A stretch of DNA of 64,000 bases, taken from Roseibacillus sp. Its GTDB lineage: Bacteria > Verrucomicrobiota > Verrucomicrobiia > Verrucomicrobiales > Akkermansiaceae. Each line of letters opens with the position of its first letter. Within the stretch, counting starts at the first letter, position 1. Below are positions 7,953 through 17,674 of this stretch, piece by piece. The notes beneath the pieces were generated by a model, which was not told the origin of the DNA, searched no databases, and saw only the letters and a list, made by a program, of their open reading frames with translations. Where the stretch lies: positions 352,001 through 416,000 of the forward strand of contig JBPOGI010000002.1 of the NCBI GenBank assembly GCA_051251855.1, read 5' to 3'. The position numbers were made by a program, and so were the translations under genes.

Positions 7953-10900
7953 TTAGGGAACGATGATGATTTGGATGGCGTCGAATTGTCGGACATCGCC
8001 GGTGTTGGGATTGTTCCCATAATCGACGTTGATGACGGAGGTGGCTGGATTGATGGCTGAGGCATCGGTGACGGTGGCTTTGACCCAGAATTTACTGTAG
8101 GCGTCCGTCTGATCGAAGCGTGCGACGTAGGTGGCGTTGAACTCATCACCAGAGACATTTGGGTCTGGGTCCACGAGGATAGCAGTGACCCCAGCATTTA
8201 CGTTGTTCGGGACCCCTGCTGGTCCGGTGACGTTGGGCATCTCGAGGTAGAGCACGATTTCCACTGGTGCTACGAAAGGAACGAGGGATTGGTCTTTGGC
8301 TACGAGCGCATTGTAGGCGTTTTCCCAAGCGTCGCCAGGATTGGGAGGAGTGGTGAGAGTGTTGGCTTCCACTCCGTCGCTGCCGAGGAGATACATTTGG
8401 TAGCTGGGGATGTCGTTGGGGTCGGTGACGTCTTGAATCGATACTAGCTTATACTCAGGCCAGTCATCCATCATAAGTGCGCGTCCGTCAGTGGCGGCGT
8501 TGAGGTTAAACTTTTCGGAGACAATGCAGCGGTCGCTCATGTCTGATCCTTGAAAGATGGGGACGATGGATTGGGAAAGAATGTCGATGCCTGCGGTTGC
8601 AGTGGCGACGTTGACTCCGGTGAGGTCGAGGATGGTAGAGAAGAGATCCACAACGTGAACCATGGTGTCGGTGGTTCCGGTCTGAATGATGTCGGGGCCG
8701 GTTGCAAAGAAGGGGACGTGGATTCCTCCTTCGTTGAGGGAGCCTTTAGCGTTGGCGATTCCTCCAGCAGGAGCTTGGTCGACTTGTCCAGGGGTTCCGT
8801 TGTCGCCGACGACGATGATGTTTGTTTTGCTGAGGTCAACGCTCGCGAGTAAGCGTCCGATTTCGGTGTCGAGAGCCTCGAGCATTTTTACGTAGAGGTC
8901 TTTGTTTGCTGTTCCGGTAGTGGAGTAGCCGCCGGCAGGGGCTAGCGCTGCGGGGGGCTCTTGGAAAGGGTCGTGGGGAGCATTGAAGCCCATCCAGACG
9001 ACCCACGGGTCGGAGCCTTGGGAGTTGATGAAAGAGACTGCTTCGTCGACTTGGACGGAGGTCGCGTAGGGGCTGGGGTAAGTCCCGTTGCCGACGAGAT
9101 CAGTGACGGGTGTTCCTGAGTCGACGAGAATGTCGTTCACGATTTTGATGCGGGTCCAGTCGTTGTAGTCTGCCACGCCACCAGCGAGCGTTCCGGTGAA
9201 GTTAGGCCAACCTCCGGTATCGCGGGCACCGGTATCACCCGAACCAAGGTGCCATTTTCCAAAGGAGGCGAGTCCATAGTTGGGTGCTTCGGTGGAAATG
9301 ATTTCGGGAAAGGTCAGTTCTGAGGCTGGCAGGGTATTGTTCGCTTGTGGGTTGCCGACTCCATGCTGAAAGGGTTGGCGTCCGGTCAAGGTGGTGGCTC
9401 GGGTGGGAGAACAAATGGGCTGAGAATAGCCACGGGTAAAGAGGAGGCCTTTGTCAGGGGTGTCCGCAGGAGTGGCGTTGGAGTTCGAAAACAGGAGGCT
9501 CTTCAGGATGGGCATATTGGCTAGTTGGATGCCGGGTCCAGCCTCAGTGTTGTAGAGATTCGAGGAGTCAATACCCCAGTCGTCTAAAATAAGAAGAAGA
9601 ACGCTATTTTGAGGGCCTTCGCTGATGATGGAGCTGTCGTAGTCGAACCCTGTATCGTCGAACGGTTGGATGTAGTTAAGACCGACTTGATAGAAGTGTT
9701 GGTCTTCGGTCCCTGCCCGAGCGAGGTCGGTGACGGGAGTGGTGGCGTCAGCTCCTTCGGCTAAAGCGAGAGGATCCCAGGTTTCGAGATCGGAGCTGTG
9801 TGAGACGGTGTAGTTGCCGCCTTCGACCGAGGTCCAAGTGAGGGTGACGTTGTCGTTGGTGTCGTCGACTTCGATATTGCAGATTTCCAGCTCCTTCTCG
9901 GGGCCGCCTTCCCAGAGCACCTCGGCGGCGGCAGGGGCTCCGCCGTTGACATTGCCGCCGGTAGGGTTGCCGTAGAAGTGGCGAGCGAGGTTGTAGGGGT
10001 AGACTGGAGTTCCTTCAGGAAGGCCCTCACCATTGGGTCCGATGATGTTGGAAAAGTAAGCCCACGTGCCCGCGGGGAAGTCGGGAGTGACGCAAAAGCG
10101 AACGTTGTATTCGTTAAGGTCGAAGTCGGTTCCTAAGGTCATCCCCAAGTTGCCCTTGTAAGCGTAGTCCTCAATATAGTGACCGAGAGGAAAGTTGTTA
10201 GAGACTGGGGGGGCATATTGATTTGAGTTGTTGATTTGGGTTCGGCCATTGTTGACGGCCCATTGCGGAAGAGAAGTTCGTCCTGTTTGTTGGAAGTTGG
10301 CAGGTTCAACCCCGGTGTTGATGGTCAAATCTGTGGAACCGTTGGTGCCGTCTCGCTTTTGATAACCGGAAACCATTCGTCGAACGGAGCTATTGGCGTC
10401 GAGAGGGTCGCTGTAGCCGTATGGACCGTAGAGGGGGAGGCCGTCTTGGGCCCAGCCGAGGATGGGGGAGTGTGTGCCATTAAAGCTCTCGGTGTAAGTA
10501 TTGCTGGAGGCGTCATAGCTCACGGAGTCACCAAGGAGATGGCGGAGACCGGGAGGGTTGGCGTGGTAGTGGTGATTGTTACCAGCTTGATGCGCGAAGG
10601 CGGGGTCGAAGGTGTCCGATTCGTTGACGTAAGCGTCGCGGTTCCAGATGTCGTCGCCATTGACCGCGGCGGCGGCTCCGGGGCCGTCGTCGACTCCTTG
10701 CGAGGTGTCGTAGGAGAAGGCATCCCGAGAATCGAACATGGAGACCCCGTCCACAAAGAGGCCAACTGTTCCGAGGCCTGTTTCGACTTTGGGGGTGACG
10801 CTTGTATCCGGGGTGCGAGGAAGACGGAATTGAGCCGCTCGATTAGAAGGGTAATTAGGAAACAGGTTTCCGTTGCCACCATACCAAGGGCCCATGATGT

Positions 10901-11153
10901 GAAAGGCGAGACCGGTAGTGCTTACGTAAAGACTGTTCGCCGTGGCTGAGATCTCATGAATTCCCGCGTAGGTGGGATTTGCTTGGGTTCCCTGACCCCG
11001 GGACCAGGTGGTGACGGGAGCCTCGGCATTCATGGCCGCATTGTCGGGGTAGATGCGGGCGTAGCGGCCGGAGAGTTCGGTAAGCCAGGAATCGAGAAGG
11101 GGTTCTGCGCCAAGAGGAAGGGAACAAATGAGGGCAGTGAGAAGGACTTTCAT
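7953..11153 (-). CDS. Secreted YHYH-domain protein fused to a Cys-type sulfatase
   Basis: Signal peptide MKVLLTALI; YHYH features (AHQAGNNHHYH, HSPILGWAQDGLPLYGPYGY, DLNEYNVR); sulfatase motifs LDDWG, CSPTR, GKWHLG, APH, GDNG, EGGIHVP. Confidence 0.85.
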   Translation of the reverse strand: MKVLLTALICSLPLGAEPLLDSWLTELSGRYARIYPDNAAMNAEAPVTTWSRGQGTQANPTYAGIHEISATANSLYVSTTGLAFHIMGPWYGGNGNLFPNYPSNRAAQFRLPRTPDTSVTPKVETGLGTVGLFVDGVSMFDSRDAFSYDTSQGVDDGPGAAAAVNGDDIWNRDAYVNESDTFDPAFAHQAGNNHHYHANPPGLRHLLGDSVSYDASSNTYTESFNGTHSPILGWAQDGLPLYGPYGYSDPLDANSSVRRMVSGYQKRDGTNGSTDLTINTGVEPANFQQTGRTSLPQWAVNNGRTQINNSNQYAPPVSNNFPLGHYIEDYAYKGNLGMTLGTDFDLNEYNVRFCVTPDFPAGTWAYFSNIIGPNGEGLPEGTPVYPYNLARHFYGNPTGGNVNGGAPAAAEVLWEGGPEKELEICNIEVDDTNDNVTLTWTSVEGGNYTVSHSSDLETWDPLALAEGADATTPVTDLARAGTEDQHFYQVGLNYIQPFDDTGFDYDSSIISEGPQNSVLLLILDDWGIDSSNLYNTEAGPGIQLANMPILKSLLFSNSNATPADTPDKGLLFTRGYSQPICSPTRATTLTGRQPFQHGVGNPQANNTLPASELTFPEIISTEAPNYGLASFGKWHLGSGDTGARDTGGWPNFTGTLAGGVADYNDWTRIKIVNDILVDSGTPVTDLVGNGTYPSPYATSVQVDEAVSFINSQGSDPWVVWMGFNAPHDPFQEPPAALAPAGGYSTTGTANKDLYVKMLEALDTEIGRLLASVDLSKTNIIVVGDNGTPGQVDQAPAGGIANAKGSLNEGGIHVPFFATGPDIIQTGTTDTMVHVVDLFSTILDLTGVNVATATAGIDILSQSIVPIFQGSDMSDRCIVSEKFNLNAATDGRALMMDDWPEYKLVSIQDVTDPNDIPSYQMYLLGSDGVEANTLTTPPNPGDAWENAYNALVAKDQSLVPFVAPVEIVLYLEMPNVTGPAGVPNNVNAGVTAILVDPDPNVSGDEFNATYVARFDQTDAYSKFWVKATVTDASAINPATSVINVDYGNNPNTGDVRQFDAIQIIIVP

Positions 11154-11271
11154 GAATGTGGAATAGGGAAACCGCGAAAGAGGTGAATAGTTGCGGCTTT
11201 CGGTAAAGTAAAAAGACCTTGTTATGCTGGCGGGCTTGCCCTGTGAAGGGAATTGACCTTCATTGGTTGGC

Positions 11272-12363
11272 ATGAAAGGGGTTGTCGCCTTGCTATTAAT
11301 GACCATGTCTGCGTTCTCCCAGTCTCCTCATTTTGATTCCAAAGAAGCGGCTCGCTATGTCGAATTGGCTTTGGCGGGGATTGACCGTGAGTTTCCCAAC
11401 AAGCCGGGCCATGTGTGGAACTCTGCCGAGGATGGAAAGACGCCTCGCGAGTGGAATCCGGTGTTCTACGGTCATTTCGATTGGCATTCCTCGGTTCATG
11501 GGCACTGGACTCTCGTACGTTTGCTCAAGCTTTTTCCCGAGGCGGAATGGGCGGAGGAAGTGAGGAGAGTGTTAGACGGGAGGTTTACCAAAGCGGCTTT
11601 GCAAGCGGAGGCTGAATATTTGAAGGAACACAAAAGCTTCGAACGCATGTATGGGTGGGCTTGGGCCCTGCGATTGGCATTGGAGCTTCGCACTTGGGAT
11701 GATGCACAAGGGCAGTCGTGGGCCGCGCGGTTTCGACCTCTGGAGGAGGTGATTGTGGATCATGCGAAGGACTATTTGCCGAAGTTGGATTGGCCGATTC
11801 GATGTGGTTTTCATCCGGAGTCCGCATTTCCCCTGAGCCAGTTTCTGGACTACGCACGAGGGGTGGGTGATGTGGACCTTACTCGGTTGTTGGTAGCGAA
11901 AGCGAAGGCCTTCTATGAGAGCGATAGCAACTATCCCGTTCGCTACGAACCCTCGGGGAACGATTTTTTCTCTCCGGGACTTAACGAAGCGGATTTGATG
12001 AGGCGAGTTCTTGATGAAGACGAATACTCGGATTGGTTGAACGGGTTCTTTCCGGGATTGGAGAAGGGAGAGATGGGCAATCTGCTGAGTCCGGTGACGG
12101 TTTCCGATCTAGATGATGGCCACTTGGTGCATCTGGTAGGGCTCAATTTGACTCGGGCTTGGACGATGAGGTCAATTGCGGGAGTGCTGCCGGAAGAGGA
12201 TGAGCGTCGAACTGTTTTGGAAAAGGCGGCAGAAGCTCATGCGGGGAAAGGGCTGCAACAAGTTTGGAGCGGAAGTTATGCGGGGGAGCATTGGCTGGGC
12301 TCGTTCGCGGTTTATCTGGAGACGGGAGTGGGATTTGATAGTCCTGCCGCGCGAGGCGAGTAG
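11272..12363 (+). CDS. DUF2891 family protein with signal peptide
   Basis: REFPNK, PVFYGHFDWHSSVHGHW, FERMYGWAW, EPSGNDFFSP, HLVGLNLTRAW, GEHWLGSFA motifs. Confidence 0.85.
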   Translation: MKGVVALLLMTMSAFSQSPHFDSKEAARYVELALAGIDREFPNKPGHVWNSAEDGKTPREWNPVFYGHFDWHSSVHGHWTLVRLLKLFPEAEWAEEVRRVLDGRFTKAALQAEAEYLKEHKSFERMYGWAWALRLALELRTWDDAQGQSWAARFRPLEEVIVDHAKDYLPKLDWPIRCGFHPESAFPLSQFLDYARGVGDVDLTRLLVAKAKAFYESDSNYPVRYEPSGNDFFSPGLNEADLMRRVLDEDEYSDWLNGFFPGLEKGEMGNLLSPVTVSDLDDGHLVHLVGLNLTRAWTMRSIAGVLPEEDERRTVLEKAAEAHAGKGLQQVWSGSYAGEHWLGSFAVYLETGVGFDSPAARGE

Positions 12364-12372
12364 AGTAGGTCT

Positions 12373-13827
12373 GTGCAACGTTCTTCTCTTCAAAAAAATG
12401 TGGTTTCTGGGTTGGTAGCGCTGATGGGTTTGGCGCTGGTTGAGAGAGGTCACGGGAAGAGCCCGAATTTTGTTTTCTTCTTAGTCGATGATTTGGGTTG
12501 GGCTGATGTGGGGTGTAATGGAAGTCCTCTTCACCAGACCCCTCACATTGATGCTTTGGCGGAATCGGGAGTTCGTTTTACCGATGGCTATGCAGCTGCA
12601 TCGATTTGTTCGCCGACGCGGGCGAGTATTCTCACGGGGCGGCATCCGGTGAGGGTGGAGATTACGGATTGGATACCCGGAACGCATCGCGAGGGGCGGT
12701 TTGAGAAGGTAGAAGATCGTGATGCGTTGGCTTTGGAGGAGGTGACGATCGCAGAGGCGTTGAGGGATAATGGATATCGCACTTACTTTGCGGGTAAGTG
12801 GCATTTGGGGGGAGAAGGGTATTATCCCGAGGACCAAGGATTCGAGGTGAATATTGGCGGGCACCACAAAGGAAGCCCTCCGGGAGGTTACTACGCGCCT
12901 TGGACAAACCCTAAGTTGAAGGCGAAGGCGGAAGGAGAGTATCTCACGGAGCGTTTGACTGAGGAGACGAATGCGTTTTTGGAAAAGCACCAGGGGAAAG
13001 AGGAGCCGTTCTTTGTCTATTTGAGCTACTACAATGTTCATACTCCGATTCAGCCCTACAAGAAGCGGATTGGGGAATACGAAGAGGCGGTCGCGCAGTT
13101 AGAGGGGGAGACTCCCTTGATCGAAATGCGCGACGGTCTGTCGCGCGGACGACAAGATAATGCTCAGTTGGCCTCGATGGTGGCGGCCGTGGATGATAGT
13201 GTGGGTTCGGTTTTAGCGAAGTTGGAGTCCTTAGGAATGAGCGAAAATACGGTGGTGGTCTTCTTCTCGGACAACGGCGGTTTGTGTACGTTCCCTTTGG
13301 CGCATCAGAAGCGAAAGCGAATAGGGCCAGGATGTAACTTGCCCCTGCGTTCCGGGAAGGGGTGGCTCTATGAGGGAGGGATTCGGGAAGCTACCATTGT
13401 GCGGGCCCCGGGTGTTTCGAAAGCGGGTGGGGTTTGTGCGTCGCCTGTGGTGAGCATGGATTTTTTTCCGACGATGCTGGAGTTGGCTGGTATTGAGACA
13501 GATTCTGTTAGAGAGCTGGATGGGGAGAGTTTGATCCCGTTGCTTAAGAATCCGACGACGGTGAAGGAGCGATCCTTGTTCTGGCACTACCCGCACTATC
13601 ATGGCTCGGGTTGGAGCCCCGGCGGGGCGATTCGGCAGGGCGAATGGAAGTTGATCGAATTCTGGGAGCACGATGATGCCCAGCTCTATCACTTGGGAGA
13701 AGACCTCGGTGAGCAAAATGATCTGAGCAAAGAGAATCCCGAAAAGGCGGAGGAGCTTGCTCAGGAGTTGGCAAGCTGGAGGAAAGCGATGTCTGCGGTG
13801 ATGCCTCTGGAAAAGGCGAAAGAGTAG
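12373..13827 (+). CDS. Sulfatase (Cys-type, formylglycine-dependent)
   Basis: [45 protein letters not shown]-terminal signal peptide. Confidence 0.95.
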   Translation: MQRSSLQKNVVSGLVALMGLALVERGHGKSPNFVFFLVDDLGWADVGCNGSPLHQTPHIDALAESGVRFTDGYAAASICSPTRASILTGRHPVRVEITDWIPGTHREGRFEKVEDRDALALEEVTIAEALRDNGYRTYFAGKWHLGGEGYYPEDQGFEVNIGGHHKGSPPGGYYAPWTNPKLKAKAEGEYLTERLTEETNAFLEKHQGKEEPFFVYLSYYNVHTPIQPYKKRIGEYEEAVAQLEGETPLIEMRDGLSRGRQDNAQLASMVAAVDDSVGSVLAKLESLGMSENTVVVFFSDNGGLCTFPLAHQKRKRIGPGCNLPLRSGKGWLYEGGIREATIVRAPGVSKAGGVCASPVVSMDFFPTMLELAGIETDSVRELDGESLIPLLKNPTTVKERSLFWHYPHYHGSGWSPGGAIRQGEWKLIEFWEHDDAQLYHLGEDLGEQNDLSKENPEKAEELAQELASWRKAMSAVMPLEKAKE

Positions 13828-13944
13828 CTGCAAGAAGGAATCGATGAGCCCTGACCTCTTTGAAAGTGGGCTTTGCCGATTTTTGTTAAATTTTCGAAAG
13901 AATTTCCTGTCGAAAACTCTGCCGAAGCTCTGTATCACTCTCTC

Positions 13945-16900
13945 GTGAAAGTACTTTCCACCCTTGTTCTGACAACTGGCCTCGTTTTCGGGGATGCCAC
14001 GCAGCCTCTGGCTCAAGAAAATCTCGTTTTTGCCGAGAAAGGGGGAGTGGTGGCTATTGAGGCTGAGCATTTCACCAAGCAGGAACTCACTGAGAAGCGC
14101 GCTTGGTATTTGACCACCAAAGAGAATGCCCCTGACGTGAAGCCCGATGGAGACCCTTCTCATATTGCGGGTGCTTCGGGTGGTGCTTATTTGGAGATTT
14201 TGCCTGATACGCGGCGCACTCATGGAGATAAGCTGATTAAGGGGGAGAATTTCACCGAGGAAATGGGCCAGATGGCGTTGTTGAGTTACCCAGTTCATTT
14301 CGAGACGGCAGGGACGTATTGGATTTGGGCGCGGGCTTGCTCGACCACTTCGGAGGATAATGGACTCCACTTTGGCATCAATGGAACTTGGCCGGCGACT
14401 GCGCGTCGCTGGCAGACCGTGGTGAAGAATAAGTGGCACTGGAAGTCAGCTCAGCGAACGGAGAAGGTGCATGTGGGAGTGCCAGGGATTCTGACGCTGG
14501 ATGTTCCATCGGCAGGAGTTCACACGATTCAGGTTTCGATGCGGGAGGATGGGATTTCGTTGGATAAGATTTTGTTGGCCAATCGCAAGGACTACACGCC
14601 TGAAGGCTTGGGGCCGGATTCGGTAGTTCACGCGGGTGAGTTTCCTAAAGCTTTTCCTTTTGTGAAGGCCCAGGCGGAACCAAAAGCGGCACCGAAGAAA
14701 AAACAGGTGGCTGCGCCTAAGCCGGTGAGTTTACCAGTCAAGAGTTTCCAGTTAGAGGGCTCGGACTACTATCTCGACCAAGGAAAATGGGCGGCCATCA
14801 ATCCTGAGAAACATCAAGCGGCGGTCACTTCAGCATCATCTCCATTTCCTGCTGGGCGCTACGATATTGTTCTCGAGGCTGTCGGGGAGAACGATGGGCA
14901 ATGCACCTATACGGTGGCGGTTAATGACGAGGTGTTGGGCGTTCACATTGCGCCTTTAGCAAAAGAGACTTTCGAGGAAGGGCCCAAGTATCATGGCACT
15001 TTCAAGAATATTGAGGTGAATCCTGGCGATGTGATCAAAGTGGCTTCCGTGGTCGCGAGCGCGGATGGAAAAGAGTATTCCCGAGCACGTTGGTCTGGAC
15101 TGACCTTTCGCGCAGCGGACAACGCGACCAAGAAAGCGCTTGCTGGTTATCAGGCTCCCACGAAAAAAGCTGCGCCAGCCAAACCTGCCGGACCTCCTCT
15201 CCAACAACCCCGCCAGCCGGATGGCGACGGGTCGGTGGTGGTCAGTGGCGAACTGAAGCAGTGGCATGCGGTCTCGCTGACTTTCGATGGCCCTTTTGCG
15301 CACGAGCTCGATCGTCAGCCTAATCCTTTTACTGATTATCAGTTCGACGTCGTTTTCACTCATGAGTCAGGCACTTCGATGAAGGTTCCTGGCTTCTTTG
15401 CTGCCGATGGCAATGCGGCGGAGTCCTCAGCGCAATCGGGCACCCAGTGGCGTGTCTTCTTCAGTCCTAACCAGACCGGAAAGTGGAGCTACGAGGCTTC
15501 CTTCCTCACGGCTCCACAAATCGTCAATGGAGCCAAGGGTGCTCAACCATTGAAGCCTTTACATGGGGTGAAAGGCAGTATCGAGATTGCTGCTTCTGAT
15601 AAGAAGGCTCCTGACTTTCGTGGGCGAGGGCGTTTGGCTTATGTCGGTAAGCACCTGTTACAGTTCCAAGGCGATAAGAGTTACTTCTTAAAGGCGGGCG
15701 CTGATGCTCCAGAGACCTTTTTGGCCTATGTCGATTTTGATGACACCACGACTTTGAACGCCAAGAAAGGTCCGCTGAAGACTTGGTCCGCTCATGAGCA
15801 GGATTGGAAGGCTGGCGACCCGACTTGGAAAGGTGGCAAAGGGAAGGGCATGATTGGGGCGCTTAACTATTTGGCTGAAGAGGAATGCAATGCTTTCTCT
15901 TTCCTTCCCTACAATGTCGATGGGGATGGGAGTAACATATGGCCCTTTGCGGCTCCGCGTGAAAAGTTTCACTATGATTGTAGCAAGTTAGACCAGTGGA
16001 ACATCGTGTTTGATCATGCGATGGTGAAGGGCCTCTATCTCCACTTTAAAATGCAGGAGACCGAAATTGATGACAACCGGGGAGGTCACCGAGGGAAAGA
16101 GGGAGTCGTTGCTTCCTCCTTGGACGGAGGAAAGTTAGGACCGGAACGAAAGCTTTATTGCCGCGAGTTGATTGCTCGTTTTGGGCATCACCTTGCGCTG
16201 AACTGGAATCTCTGTGAAGAGAGCACTCAATCCACGGAGGAGCAAGTGGCTATGGCGGATTACATTCAAGAGTTGGATCCTTACGACAATCATTTGGTGC
16301 TCCACACCTACCCTGACCAGCAGGACAAGGTCTACAATCCGCTCCTTGGGAACAAATCCTTCACGGGTGCTTCTTTGCAGAACAGTAATTTGAAGGACTG
16401 TCACAAGCAGGTGCTCAAGTGGGTGTCGAAGTCGCAGGAGAAGGGGCAACCTTGGGTTGTGGCTTTTGATGAGCCAGGGAACGCTCAGATCGGAATGCCT
16501 GCGGATCCCGACTATCCCGGGATGCCCAAGAACTATGACGGCCCCAGTATTCACGATTGCCGCAAGTATACCCTCTGGGGAACTTTGATGGCTGGTGGCG
16601 CTGGGGTGGAGTATTACTTTGGTTACAAACTTCCTCAGAACGACTTGATTTGCGAAGACTGGCGCTCGCGGGATAAGAGTTGGGACTATTGCCGCTTTGC
16701 TCTCAACTTTTTCCGCGACCAGAACATTCCAGTGGAGGCAATGACGAATCGCAATGAACTCGTTGGAAATACAAAGGACGATAACTCCAAGTATTGCTTC
16801 GCGAAGGAAGGGGAGGTCTATCTCGTTTACTTGCCGACGGGTGGAAAATCGGAACTGAAGATTGCGAAGGGAAATTATACCACGGCGTGGTTTAATCCTC

Positions 16901-16992
16901 GCACGGGCGAAATGGGGAAAGCCTCCAAGTTCGTTGCGCCACTGCAAGCGCCTGATGGCGAAGATTGGTTGGCGGTTATTCGGAAGAAGTAA
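13945..16992 (+). CDS. DUF5060-domain putative glycoside hydrolase with N-terminal beta-sandwich modules and C-terminal collagen-binding-like domain
   Basis: GTG start with signal peptide; NPFTDY...VPGFFAADG...WRVFFSP..GKWSY (DUF5060); WNLCEE, HTYP, DEPG, GGAGVEYYFG; C-terminal WFNPRTG...DWLAVI. Confidence 0.75.
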   Translation: MKVLSTLVLTTGLVFGDATQPLAQENLVFAEKGGVVAIEAEHFTKQELTEKRAWYLTTKENAPDVKPDGDPSHIAGASGGAYLEILPDTRRTHGDKLIKGENFTEEMGQMALLSYPVHFETAGTYWIWARACSTTSEDNGLHFGINGTWPATARRWQTVVKNKWHWKSAQRTEKVHVGVPGILTLDVPSAGVHTIQVSMREDGISLDKILLANRKDYTPEGLGPDSVVHAGEFPKAFPFVKAQAEPKAAPKKKQVAAPKPVSLPVKSFQLEGSDYYLDQGKWAAINPEKHQAAVTSASSPFPAGRYDIVLEAVGENDGQCTYTVAVNDEVLGVHIAPLAKETFEEGPKYHGTFKNIEVNPGDVIKVASVVASADGKEYSRARWSGLTFRAADNATKKALAGYQAPTKKAAPAKPAGPPLQQPRQPDGDGSVVVSGELKQWHAVSLTFDGPFAHELDRQPNPFTDYQFDVVFTHESGTSMKVPGFFAADGNAAESSAQSGTQWRVFFSPNQTGKWSYEASFLTAPQIVNGAKGAQPLKPLHGVKGSIEIAASDKKAPDFRGRGRLAYVGKHLLQFQGDKSYFLKAGADAPETFLAYVDFDDTTTLNAKKGPLKTWSAHEQDWKAGDPTWKGGKGKGMIGALNYLAEEECNAFSFLPYNVDGDGSNIWPFAAPREKFHYDCSKLDQWNIVFDHAMVKGLYLHFKMQETEIDDNRGGHRGKEGVVASSLDGGKLGPERKLYCRELIARFGHHLALNWNLCEESTQSTEEQVAMADYIQELDPYDNHLVLHTYPDQQDKVYNPLLGNKSFTGASLQNSNLKDCHKQVLKWVSKSQEKGQPWVVAFDEPGNAQIGMPADPDYPGMPKNYDGPSIHDCRKYTLWGTLMAGGAGVEYYFGYKLPQNDLICEDWRSRDKSWDYCRFALNFFRDQNIPVEAMTNRNELVGNTKDDNSKYCFAKEGEVYLVYLPTGGKSELKIAKGNYTTAWFNPRTGEMGKASKFVAPLQAPDGEDWLAVIRKK

Positions 16993-17605
16993 CGCGCTTC
17001 GATGCTAAGTTTGAGCCTGTCTGGAGTTCAGGTAGGCTTTCCTCCTGCCATGCTCTTTTCTGTCTGGCTGAAACAAACAGTAGGCAGAAGAAGGAGAGCA
17101 TGAAGAGGGCGAAGGACAGAATGCCACCCTCAAGAAGAGTCCAGATAAGGGTCGTCAGGAAGTTCCCGGAAGTGGGAATGACTTCAGTAAAGCCGAAAAA
17201 GCCACCGCTGTAATTCAAGATAGTGAGCGCGAGCATTCCTGCCCAGTAGTCAGGAACGAAAGTGATGATTTCTCGAGGATCGCGTCCACCATCGCTCATT
17301 GTGCTTAAGATAAGAAGGAGGCTAATCGCGGAAACGGCAAAGCGGATCTTGAGTGCGAGCCGAAGAGCTCGTGAGAGAAGGTGATTTGGATCGTGGAGAG
17401 GTTTCCAAAATGTGCTGATAGCTGAAAAGGCGAGAATGAAGGCTGTGACCCCAAAGAGCATGGCCGCGGTATTAACGGGAGAGCCAAAGAATCCCAAGTA
17501 AAGGCCTGCGATGGCAAAGCTGGGAGCCGCGCAGATCGCGCAATGAAGTCCCCAGTGGTGGAACTGTTCGAAAAATCGTTGAGCGGTTTCATTCATCAAG
17601 TTCAA
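16976..17605 (-). CDS. Hypothetical integral membrane protein
   Basis: About 5 hydrophobic segments; lies downstream of nuoF; 3' end overlaps the convergent DUF5060 gene by 17 bp. Confidence 0.65.
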   Translation of the reverse strand: MNLMNETAQRFFEQFHHWGLHCAICAAPSFAIAGLYLGFFGSPVNTAAMLFGVTAFILAFSAISTFWKPLHDPNHLLSRALRLALKIRFAVSAISLLLILSTMSDGGRDPREIITFVPDYWAGMLALTILNYSGGFFGFTEVIPTSGNFLTTLIWTLLEGGILSFALFMLSFFCLLFVSARQKRAWQEESLPELQTGSNLASKRVTSSE

Positions 17606-17674
17606 ATTGCCGAGGCAAGATGAAGTCTTGATGAAGCGGAGGTGAAGACTTTGGTGTTCTCACACTCTCTCCAA

